From an uncultured Deinococcales bacterium (GTDB taxonomy: Bacteria; Deinococcota; Deinococci; Deinococcales; JAAFIG01): DNA of 13,672 bases. The DNA lies in NCBI GenBank assembly GCA_964244895.1, contig CAXTKV010000146.1, forward strand, positions 1-13,672. The letters are read 5' to 3'. Under the pieces are notes generated by a model. It searched no databases. It had not been told where the DNA came from and worked only from the letters and a program-made list of their open reading frames with translations. A program made the translations under genes and the position numbers. Positions within the stretch are counted from its first letter, which is position 1. Each line of letters starts with the position of its first letter. This document shows, piece by piece, positions 6,408 to 13,672 of this stretch.

Positions 6408-7223
6408 TCAGGCGCTCCAGGTCAGCACGATCTGGGTGATCGGCTTCGAGATGCTATTGGGCAATGAGGCGGCGATGGCGGCGTCCATGGCTTCGAGCGA
6501 GAACGCGCCGCCCTTGTGGTCGGAGGCGGCCAGGAACAGGCTGCGGATGGCGTCATCGCCGAGTTGCCGCCCAAATTCGGCGTGCGTCAGCGTTCCCCGC
6601 ACGAAGTACAGCTTGCCGAGGCTGGAGCCGCAGTTGATCTCGACCCGAGAATACTCGGTCACACCGGACAGCCAGCGCACCAGGTGGATGAAACCCTGGT
6701 TCTCGAACTTGAACTCGCCGCTCGTCAATCCCGCCGAACTCGCGGCGGCAGGTGCTGGCTGAGCTGCTGGAGGTGCTGGCTGGGCCGATGGAGGTGCCGC
6801 AGCTTCGAGCGCGTACTCGAGGCCATCTGCGCCCGGATCGTCAATCTCGAGCGTGCTGGACGGATCAATCGTGTCATCAAAAGCATTCACTTCTGTAATT
6901 CCGGCCCTGGCCAGCAATTCGCTGATCTGTGCGTCGGGCGGCACGACGATGGCGTTGGCGGGCAAATCCGTCGCGGCCTGGGCCGTCATCAGGATGAAGG
7001 CGATCCCGCTGCCATTGTCCTCGTTGAGGATCTCCAGCAACTCGCGTCCGGTCATGTCCGCGATGTCGTCGCCGGACACGACCAGCTCGGGGCGCTCGCG
7101 TTCAAACAGCGTCAGGGCGTACAGGCCGCTCGGGGCGTGGGACACCTCGAAACCCTGCGCGCTCAGGCTGTCGCACAGCTCGAGCGCCTCGATGGTGGCG
7201 GGCATGACCACCAGCGCCCTCAC
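6408..7223 (-). CDS. Pseudo-receiver + acidic/Pro-Ala linker + DUF4388/PATAN-like domain protein
   Basis: 271 aa from the GTG at 7223, which overlaps the upstream TGA as GTGA. The N-terminus is receiver-like but lacks the catalytic residues. The C-terminus (SGEFKFENQGFIHLVRWL...GKLYFVRGTLTHAEFGRQLGDDAI...GAFSL...NSISKPITQIVL) matches the DUF4388/PATAN pattern. Confidence 0.75.
   Translation of the reverse strand: MRALVVMPATIEALELCDSLSAQGFEVSHAPSGLYALTLFERERPELVVSGDDIADMTGRELLEILNEDNGSGIAFILMTAQAATDLPANAIVVPPDAQISELLARAGITEVNAFDDTIDPSSTLEIDDPGADGLEYALEAAAPPSAQPAPPAAQPAPAAASSAGLTSGEFKFENQGFIHLVRWLSGVTEYSRVEINCGSSLGKLYFVRGTLTHAEFGRQLGDDAIRSLFLAASDHKGGAFSLEAMDAAIAASLPNSISKPITQIVLTWSA
6750..6797. 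repeat. Imperfect 21-bp tandem repeat in the linker (PPSAQPA/PPAAQPA)
   Basis: AGGTGCTGGCTGAGCTGCTGG (6750-6770), AGGTGCTGGCTGGGCCGATGG (6771-6791) and a partial AGGTGC. Confidence 0.7.
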
Positions 7224-7717
7224 GCGCCCACCTGCTCGATGATCGTGGCCAGCTCTTCGGGGCTCAGTTCGATGGTTTCGCCGGGTTGCAAGTCCATCAG
7301 GTACTGAATGGCGGGAGCCTCGATCGGTTCGCGGATGGGCTGGCGCTGGGCGGCTCTCGGCACCGGGCGGGTTTGCGGCTGACCGATCATTTCGTGCGCG
7401 AAGTACGACACGGTCGCCACGGACGTGGAATGCGGCAGCACCGCGTGATCCTCGGCGATCTGCGCCGCACCGCGCGAGAGCAGAATGAACGGGATGGATT
7501 CGTAGAGTTCCTCGACCCGAACGATCCCCAAGAATTCTTGACCATCCATGTCCGTCAGGTGCTGCTCGCAGATGATCACGTCGGGTCGCTCGCGCTCGAG
7601 CAGCGCCAGAGCGTAGATCGCGCTCGGCGCGTATTGGACTTGCGCACCCGCCTCGACCAGCGTCTGGCACAGCTCCAGGGCTTCACCGGGCCTGCCGTGA
7701 ACGACCAGCGCTTTCAT
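7220..7717 (-). CDS. Atypical (pseudo) receiver-domain protein
   Basis: 165 aa with a receiver-like pattern (KALVV...ERERPDVIICE..LTDMDGQEFL...IPFILLS). It has HG in place of the DD acidic pocket, E at the phospho-Asp position and no KP motif. Confidence 0.78.
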   Translation of the reverse strand: MKALVVHGRPGEALELCQTLVEAGAQVQYAPSAIYALALLERERPDVIICEQHLTDMDGQEFLGIVRVEELYESIPFILLSRGAAQIAEDHAVLPHSTSVATVSYFAHEMIGQPQTRPVPRAAQRQPIREPIEAPAIQYLMDLQPGETIELSPEELATIIEQVGA

Positions 7718-7811
7718 TCGTGTTTTCCCGTGGTTGGCATGGTTGATTTCACGTCTCGCGATTGAATCAATTTACATCGTTCAGCACGATATCTCTGGTA
7801 TTGCGTCCGGG

Positions 7812-10802
7812 TCAGGCTTTCCCCACCTCTTGGGTCGCGCCCAGGCGCGCCAGGAAGCCGATCAGTTTGGCATCCTCGAGCGGTTTGGTCAGGTACTCGT
7901 TGACGCCCAGCTCGAAGGCCAACCGCGCATGCTTGTCGCTGGCGCGAGAGGTCAGCATGGCCATCGGGGTGCTGGCGAACTGCTCGCGGCGGCGCAGCGA
8001 TTCGATCAGCTCGAACCCGTTCAATCGCGGCATCTCGAGATCGGTGATGATCGCGTCGAACTGACCCTGCAAGGCCAGATCGAGCGCTTCTTGACCGTCG
8101 GCGGCCAGCACGACCTCGAAGCCCAGGCGTTTGATGCGCTCGCCGACGACGCGCCGGACGCTCAGGGAATCGTCCGCCAGCAGCACGCGTCGGGTCGCGC
8201 GGCGCGCTTCGGCGGGTGCGGCTAACGGGCTTCTCGGGTTGCCTGGGCTGATCTCTGGGAGTCTGTTCTGCCCGAGATCGCGCTGCTCAGGGTTGCGCTG
8301 CTCAGGGTTGCGCTGCTCAGGGTTGCGCTGCCCGGAATTGCGCTGTTCCAGGCGAATCACGCCCGCCGTGTCCAGCACCAGGATCACCTGGCCTTCGCTG
8401 TCCACCATCGCGCCCAGCACGTGTTCTAAGATCTGGAACGGAGCCTCGAGCGGCTTGACGACCGACTGCTCGAGTCCGAGGAAACCGTCGACCTCAAGCG
8501 CAAGCTGGTTCGAGCCGATCTCGACCGTCACCAGCGAGGCGCGTTTGCCCGGCTGAAACCCGCTCAGGCCGAGCAATTCGTGCAGTGAAAGCACGCGCAC
8601 GCTCTGGCCTTCGATCGACGTGAACGAGCCGCCATCGCGCTCGATGATCGCGTCGCGCCCGACGGAGCGCAAACTGCGCACGCTCTCGCGCGGCAGGGCG
8701 AAACGCGTTCCGGCGCATTCCAAAAGCAGCACTTCGGACACCACTAGCGTCAACGGCAGCTTCAACTGCACCAGCGTGCCGCGACCGGGCTGGCTTTCCA
8801 GGCTGATCTCGCCCTTCAATCGGCGCAGGCCGCTCCAGACGGCGTCCATGCCGACGCCGCGCCCGGAAGTCTGATTGACCGTGCCGCTGGTGGACAAACC
8901 CGGCAAGAAGATCAGCGCCAGCGCACCCTGCTCGTCGAGCTGCTCGAGTTCTTGTTGGCTTCGCAGGTTGCGCGCCACGGCCTGACGGCGCACCGCGTTG
9001 ACATCGATGCCCGCGCCGTCGTCTTGGACTTCGATGAACACGAAGTTGCCGCGCTGGTACGCCCGAATCTGAATCAGCCCTTCCGGGTTTTTGCCGTTCG
9101 CGATTCGCGCATCGGGCCGTTCGATACCGTGCGCCACTGCGTTCGAGATCACGTGCAGCATCACGCCTGAAAGACCTTCCAGCACCAGGTTATCAATCTC
9201 GACCGTCTCACCCTCGAGTTCCACGCGCAGACGCTTGTCGCCCGCCATCTGTTTGGCCTGAAGCCGAAGGCGGTTCATCAGCTTGCCGACCGACACCAGC
9301 CGCATCCGTCCGACTTCGGTGCGCACGCTGCGGGTCAGTTTTTCCAGCCCCTCGAGTTCGGTTTTGAACCGATCCGTTAAGAGCCCGAACTGGTTCTGGA
9401 CTTCGCCCAGGTCGCTCGCCATTTCTCCGATCGAGCGCGCCAGGATGTTCAAATCGTCGTAACGGTCGAACTCGAGTTCGGAAAAAAGTTCGCTGGCCGA
9501 CAGCCCGCGCCCGATGGTCGAACCCGTCTCGGCAGGGTTTTCCGTCTGGCCGTCCGCATTGGAAAGTCGCGGGTTGAGGTAACGCTCGACGAATTCCGTC
9601 GAGGTGCGCTCGAACCTGGATCGCGCACCCTCGAGCTGATCCTTCAGGTCGCGGTAACGCCCGAGCAGACGCTCGAACCTGGACTTGGAGATGACTGTTT
9701 CACCCGAGAGATCGAGCAGGTTCTCGATCCGATCCAGCCCGACGCGCAGGGTCGCGCCGCGTTGCACGGCGGCCTGCGATTCAGGTTTGGCGGCTTCAAT
9801 CGCGGGGCTCTGTTGGGGTGCAACTCCAAGAACATCGTCCCGCACGGTGTTCTTTATTTGCGTGCTGGACGGTGCTGCAGCCTCGAAGCCCACGTCTCGC
9901 GTGCCCATCGCGGCGTTGAGCGCCACCTGCGCCCGCTCGAGTGCAGCCGTGAACTGGTTCGGGCGACCTTCCGCCACAAAAACCATCGCCGCGATCAGAT
10001 CCGCGCCCGAAACCACCGCGTTCGACACGGTTGCATCCCAGGCACGGTGACCGTCCCGCACGGCCACCATCAAATCTTCGAGTCGGTGTGAAAGCCCGCC
10101 GAGCGGCTGGCAACCGACCGAATAGGCCGCACCCTTGATGGTGTGCATGCTGCGGAAAAGCTGATTCAGGTACGCCGGGTCGCTGTCGGATTGCAGGGCT
10201 TCAATGGCCGCAGAGACCATGTCCAGATGTTCCAGGACTTCCGGCGCGAAATACGACCAGGTTTCCGCGTCGTCGCGCGCAAAGGCGCGCAGGGTTTCCT
10301 CGACTGCAACAAATGGCGCACGTTCGACCGGGCCGAGTTCAGCCTGTGCATTCTCGAGCCTCGGCGTATCCGTGCGCCGCACGAAAGCTGCCGGGTTGGC
10401 GCGCAACAACTCCACCAACAAGGCCGAAGCGCCCGCGCGCGTCAGCTCGTAACCGACGTTGCCCTCAGTCCCGCTGACCGCGATCTCTTCGAGCGCGCTG
10501 CTCAAACAGGCCGTCGCCTGCCGCGTGAACTCCACCAGCACGCGGTGCTGACTGAGCTCGAGCGTACCCGTCCGCTCGAGCAGCTGCTCGAGCAAACCCG
10601 AAAGGTTGGCAATTTGGGGAAAGCCGTACATGCCCGCCGAACCGTGCAAACGGTGAGAGAGCATCACCGCGCGCTGTACGCCGTCCGCACCGACCGAAGT
10701 TGCGGGGCTCGAGAGGGCGGCTTCTGCCTTTTGAAGCGCAGAAATCGTTTCCCAGCTTTCCGCGAGGAAGGTCGAAACGAGATCGGTGGTGGCTGGCAGC
10801 AT
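7812..10802 (-). CDS. cheA: CheA/ChpA-like hybrid histidine kinase (Hpt-Hpt-dimerisation-HATPase-CheW-REC)
   Basis: 996 aa. Hpt1 HRLHGSAGMYGF, Hpt2 FRSMHTIKGAA, the ChpA-type ELEFDRY segment, N box HVISNAVAHGIE, G1 DDGAGID, F box IFLPGLST, G2 SGRGVGMD, LPLTL, a CheW domain, and an intact C-terminal receiver (LADDS, ITDLEMP, LTSR, LTKP). Confidence 0.95.
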   Translation of the reverse strand: MLPATTDLVSTFLAESWETISALQKAEAALSSPATSVGADGVQRAVMLSHRLHGSAGMYGFPQIANLSGLLEQLLERTGTLELSQHRVLVEFTRQATACLSSALEEIAVSGTEGNVGYELTRAGASALLVELLRANPAAFVRRTDTPRLENAQAELGPVERAPFVAVEETLRAFARDDAETWSYFAPEVLEHLDMVSAAIEALQSDSDPAYLNQLFRSMHTIKGAAYSVGCQPLGGLSHRLEDLMVAVRDGHRAWDATVSNAVVSGADLIAAMVFVAEGRPNQFTAALERAQVALNAAMGTRDVGFEAAAPSSTQIKNTVRDDVLGVAPQQSPAIEAAKPESQAAVQRGATLRVGLDRIENLLDLSGETVISKSRFERLLGRYRDLKDQLEGARSRFERTSTEFVERYLNPRLSNADGQTENPAETGSTIGRGLSASELFSELEFDRYDDLNILARSIGEMASDLGEVQNQFGLLTDRFKTELEGLEKLTRSVRTEVGRMRLVSVGKLMNRLRLQAKQMAGDKRLRVELEGETVEIDNLVLEGLSGVMLHVISNAVAHGIERPDARIANGKNPEGLIQIRAYQRGNFVFIEVQDDGAGIDVNAVRRQAVARNLRSQQELEQLDEQGALALIFLPGLSTSGTVNQTSGRGVGMDAVWSGLRRLKGEISLESQPGRGTLVQLKLPLTLVVSEVLLLECAGTRFALPRESVRSLRSVGRDAIIERDGGSFTSIEGQSVRVLSLHELLGLSGFQPGKRASLVTVEIGSNQLALEVDGFLGLEQSVVKPLEAPFQILEHVLGAMVDSEGQVILVLDTAGVIRLEQRNSGQRNPEQRNPEQRNPEQRDLGQNRLPEISPGNPRSPLAAPAEARRATRRVLLADDSLSVRRVVGERIKRLGFEVVLAADGQEALDLALQGQFDAIITDLEMPRLNGFELIESLRRREQFASTPMAMLTSRASDKHARLAFELGVNEYLTKPLEDAKLIGFLARLGATQEVGKA
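8265..8349. repeat. 15-bp coding tandem repeat (NPEQR)n in the CheW-REC linker
   Basis: GCGCTGCTCAGGGTT occurs as 3 perfect copies (8280-8324), flanked by degenerate units at 8265-8279, 8325-8339 and 8340-8349. Confidence 0.95.
9828..9876. repeat. REP-like palindromic element, copy D, inside the cheA coding sequence
   Basis: AAGAACATCGT-CCCGC-ACGGTGTTCTT (9828-9854) is 22/27 identical to 5515-5541. It is followed by ATTTGCGTGCTGGACGGT, which is 16/18 identical to the tails of both copy A and copy C. Confidence 0.65.
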
Positions 10803-10852
10803 GTCCGGGAGTCCTCTCAGTCGAATCTTAGGTCTGGATGGTGGTTCTAGGC

Positions 10853-12820
10853 TCAGGCTCCGGGAAGGCGGAACCTCGAGAGGTTCTGGCTGAGCTGCTG
10901 CGAAAGCTGACGCAGATCCTCAGCGGCCTGACGGCCTTTGGCGCTTTCCTGTCCCGTCTGAGCGGCGGTCGTGGCAATCACTTGCGCCGCGCGGCTGACT
11001 TGCTCGACGTTCGCCACCTGTCGTTGCGTCACGCCGGAAATACCCTGCACCAACGCCGCCGATTGCTGCGCCAGTTGCGCGATTTCCTGGAGGCGCACAC
11101 CAGCTTGCGTGGCGACTTTATAACCCTGATCGACCTCTCGCGTGCCGCCCTCGGCGCGTTGCACCAGGGTCTGAATTTCAACCTCGAAGCCCTTGATCAG
11201 GCTCGTGATCTGCTGGGTGGCGCGCGTGGATTCGTCCGCCAGCTTGCGCACCTGATCGGCCACGGTCGCGAAGCGCTTGCCGGATTCGCCCGCACCCGCC
11301 GCCTCGAGCGCCGCGCTCAGGGCCAGCAGGTTCGTCTGGGACGCGAAGGTCGCGATCGTCTTGACGATGCTTTGAATCTCGAGCGAACGCTCGGAAAGCC
11401 CTTGCACGCCCTCTGAAAGTCCCTGCATCTCGCGGCGCACGCTCTCCATGCCGCCCAGGGTTTCGCTCACCGCGAGCTGACCCTGCTGAGATGCCAGAAG
11501 CGTCTGCTGTGCGGCCTGAGCCGTCTGGGCTGCGCCCTGAGCCATTGCGCGGATGGATTGCGTGACTTCAACCGCGCGCGTGCGCGCCTGATCCGCCAGT
11601 CTGGCCTGACCTTCGGTGGACTGCGCGATGTGATCGTTGACCGCCGTCATCTGGTTGGAACCGGACAGAACCTGATCTGCGGCGTTTGAAACATCTTTCA
11701 AAAGCAGACCGATCTCTTCGACCACCAAGTTAATCGCGTCCACGACGTTGCCCAGCGCATCGTCCGTAACCTGACCGCGTTTGGTCAAATCGCCTTGGGC
11801 GATCTCCATGGCGGTGTTCAGGAACAAACCGACGTTGTTCTGCAATTCGGCGTTGCGCGCGCGTTCCTGCTCCTGGAGCCTGGAAAACTCGCCCAACTGC
11901 CTGACCGCGCTGTTGAAGGTGTTGCCGACCAGGCCGATCTCGTCCCTGCCGCGCACGTCTGCGCTGACATCGAAGTTTCCATCGCGCAGTACGGTGGCGG
12001 CGCGAGTCAACTCGCCCAAGCGGTTGGTGATGGAACGCGCGATCAGCAAGGTCAACACCACGCCGACCACCAGGCTGACCAGAAAGGCGATCAGGGTCAG
12101 CAGGTTCGCCCTGTTGAAGCCCGAGACCGCGTCATCGTTGGAGAGCTTGGCGAACTGGAGGTTGACATCGATCAACTTTTCCAGCTCGGGCTGAATCGAT
12201 GCGTACTGCGCGAGGGATGCGTCCAGAAGCGCCTGATCGGGTTGACCGCGAGCGACAGATGCGATGTACGCCTTCCAGGGTTTGTCAGCGAGCGTGTGCA
12301 ACTGAACGATGCGTCCGTAGATGGAGACTTCTTGTTGTTGAAGATCTGTTTTCCCCCACTGGGTCAGCGTGGCCGTAAATTCTGGGCTGGCGGTCGTGAT
12401 CCAATCCTTGCCGTACTGCGCGAACACACCATCGATCAGCGATTCGGTCTTTTGAAGGGAGCTGAACGACTCGTTGCGTTTGGCTGCGGAAATCTGCGGG
12501 TTTCGCAACTCTTCGGCATTCACTTCGAGGCGCGCCAGACCCACCTGACTGTCTTTGAGCGCCGTGATCGGGATGAGCATGAACTCGTACAAGTTGCCGA
12601 TGTGGTAGCGCATCAATTGCAACCCCTGGCGGCTGACCAGTACGGTCGCGATGATGCCCAGGACGAGTGCACCGACGATCAAGGCGATCTTGAAAGCGAC
12701 CCTCGAGTTCTCGAGGAACCCGCCCCTGCGCTCGAGGGACTGCGTGGGGTTTTGCGCTTTGCGCCCGACGCTGATCTGGCTGACGCGGGTGGTGGTTTTG
12801 ACGGGCGAGAGCTTCTGCAC
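10853..12820 (-). CDS. Methyl-accepting chemotaxis protein, PilJ-like (TM, 4-helix-bundle sensor, TM, 2 HAMP, signalling domain)
   Basis: 655 aa, GTG start with GGAG 6 nt upstream. TM1 IALIVGALVLGIIATVLV, TM2 LLTLIAFLVSLVVGVVLTLLIA, HAMP RDEIGLVGNTFN, a PilJ-type second HAMP (GDLTKRGQVTDDALGNVVDAIN) and tip QTNLLALSAALEAAGAGE. Confidence 0.93.
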   Translation of the reverse strand: MQKLSPVKTTTRVSQISVGRKAQNPTQSLERRGGFLENSRVAFKIALIVGALVLGIIATVLVSRQGLQLMRYHIGNLYEFMLIPITALKDSQVGLARLEVNAEELRNPQISAAKRNESFSSLQKTESLIDGVFAQYGKDWITTASPEFTATLTQWGKTDLQQQEVSIYGRIVQLHTLADKPWKAYIASVARGQPDQALLDASLAQYASIQPELEKLIDVNLQFAKLSNDDAVSGFNRANLLTLIAFLVSLVVGVVLTLLIARSITNRLGELTRAATVLRDGNFDVSADVRGRDEIGLVGNTFNSAVRQLGEFSRLQEQERARNAELQNNVGLFLNTAMEIAQGDLTKRGQVTDDALGNVVDAINLVVEEIGLLLKDVSNAADQVLSGSNQMTAVNDHIAQSTEGQARLADQARTRAVEVTQSIRAMAQGAAQTAQAAQQTLLASQQGQLAVSETLGGMESVRREMQGLSEGVQGLSERSLEIQSIVKTIATFASQTNLLALSAALEAAGAGESGKRFATVADQVRKLADESTRATQQITSLIKGFEVEIQTLVQRAEGGTREVDQGYKVATQAGVRLQEIAQLAQQSAALVQGISGVTQRQVANVEQVSRAAQVIATTAAQTGQESAKGRQAAEDLRQLSQQLSQNLSRFRLPGA

Positions 12821-12832
12821 GATGGACTCCGT

Positions 12833-13672
12833 TTAGGACGGCAACTGGAAGCGCGAGAGGCTCGAGGTCAGTTCCATCGAGAGCTTCTGCAAATCGGCTG
12901 CGGATTGACGACCCTGGTTGCTCTGGGCTTCCGTCTGACTGGCGGATTGGGCGATGGCTTCGACGGCGTTTTTCACCTGTTCGACGCCGCCCGCCTGGGC
13001 GCGCGTGGCGCTCGAGATGGTCTGCACCAGCGCGGCAGATTGCGTGGCGAGCTGCGCGATTTCCTTGAGGCGCTCGCCCGCTTGAGTGGCGATCTTGTAA
13101 CCCTGCTCGACCTCGCGCGTACCGCCCTCGACGCCGATGACCACGCTCTGAACTTCGTTCTGGATGTTCTTGATCAGGTTCGTGACGCGGCCCGTGGCGC
13201 GCGCGGAATCTTCGGCCAGCTTACGGACTTCGTCCGCGACGATCGCGAAACGCGCGCCAGCTTCACCGGCGCCGGAAGCTTCAATCGCGGCGTTCAAGGC
13301 CAGCATGTTCGTCTGCGCGGCGATCCCGGAGATGGTTTCCGCGATTTCGGAAATTTCCAAGGAACGGTCGGACAAGGATTTGATGCTCCTCGAGATGCCC
13401 TGCACTTCGCGTCGGATGTTCTGCATGCCCGAGAGCGTTTCTTGAAGCGCGACCTGACCCGCCTGAGAAGCCTGAAGCGTCTGCTGAGAAGCCTGCGCCG
13501 TCTCGAGGGCTTTCTGGGCCATCGCGCGGATCGAGTTCGTGACTTCGAGCGCCTGCGCGCGGGCTTTCTGCGCGATGCTCGACTGCGCTTGCGCGCCTTC
13601 AAGGATGGCGTTGTTGGTGGTGCTGACATCGTTTGAACCGTCATTGACCTGCTGTGCGACGCGTTCCACGTC
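12833..13672 (-). CDS. Methyl-accepting chemotaxis protein, C-terminal signalling domain (5' end lies outside the window)
   Basis: The frame is open to the window edge. Tip [35 protein letters not shown], stop TAA at 12835-12833. It is clearly paralogous to the downstream MCP. Confidence 0.93.
   Translation of the reverse strand, partial: DVERVAQQVNDGSNDVSTTNNAILEGAQAQSSIAQKARAQALEVTNSIRAMAQKALETAQASQQTLQASQAGQVALQETLSGMQNIRREVQGISRSIKSLSDRSLEISEIAETISGIAAQTNMLALNAAIEASGAGEAGARFAIVADEVRKLAEDSARATGRVTNLIKNIQNEVQSVVIGVEGGTREVEQGYKIATQAGERLKEIAQLATQSAALVQTISSATRAQAGGVEQVKNAVEAIAQSASQTEAQSNQGRQSAADLQKLSMELTSSLSRFQLPS

Noticed and set aside
7224..7670. N-terminal 149 aa of the 420-aa ORF 6408..7670
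   Set aside because: This part overlaps the real 7220..7717 gene out of frame and is Arg-rich nonsense. The true start is the GTG at 7223. It is not a frameshifted fusion, because both genes begin with their own paralogous domain.
8280..8349. Possible CRISPR array
   Set aside because: These are head-to-tail 15-bp units with no spacers, in frame within cheA, and there are no cas genes in the window.
11795..13636. 613-aa ORF on the + strand
   Set aside because: It is the antisense shadow of two MCP genes, which is common in GC-rich DNA. It has no recognisable motifs, and the minus-strand genes are unambiguous.
1..13672. tRNA, rRNA, transposase, integrase, or a Deinococcus radiation/desiccation response motif near recJ
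   Set aside because: None is recognisable by eye, and the recJ promoter lies outside the window.

Overview
GC-rich bacterial chromosome segment, most likely Deinococcota, judged from the RecJ sequence style and the leaderless promoters. The + strand carries a 5'-truncated recJ, a Gfo/Idh/MocA oxidoreductase and a secreted DUF4139-like protein. The - strand carries a LURP-one/scramblase-like gene and the distal part of a type-IV-pilus (Pil-Chp-like) chemosensory operon: two tandem PilJ-like MCPs, a two-Hpt CheA-CheW-REC hybrid kinase, two paralogous pseudo-receiver proteins (one with a DUF4388/PATAN-like C-terminus) and a receiver-Roadblock/LC7 (MglB-like) fusion. Below gene level there are three notable patterns. 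(i) The palindrome CTCGAG occurs about 57 times by manual count against about 5 expected, in more than one reading frame and as a building block of intergenic hairpins, resembling HIP1. (ii) A REP-like palindromic family (AAGAACACCGTC-n-GACGGTGTTCTT...GCGTGCTGGACG) occupies several intergenic spaces, with one copy embedded in-frame in a CheA linker. (iii) Three consecutive genes have TANNNT-N6-start leaderless architecture. All domain calls come from motif recognition by eye; no searches were run.
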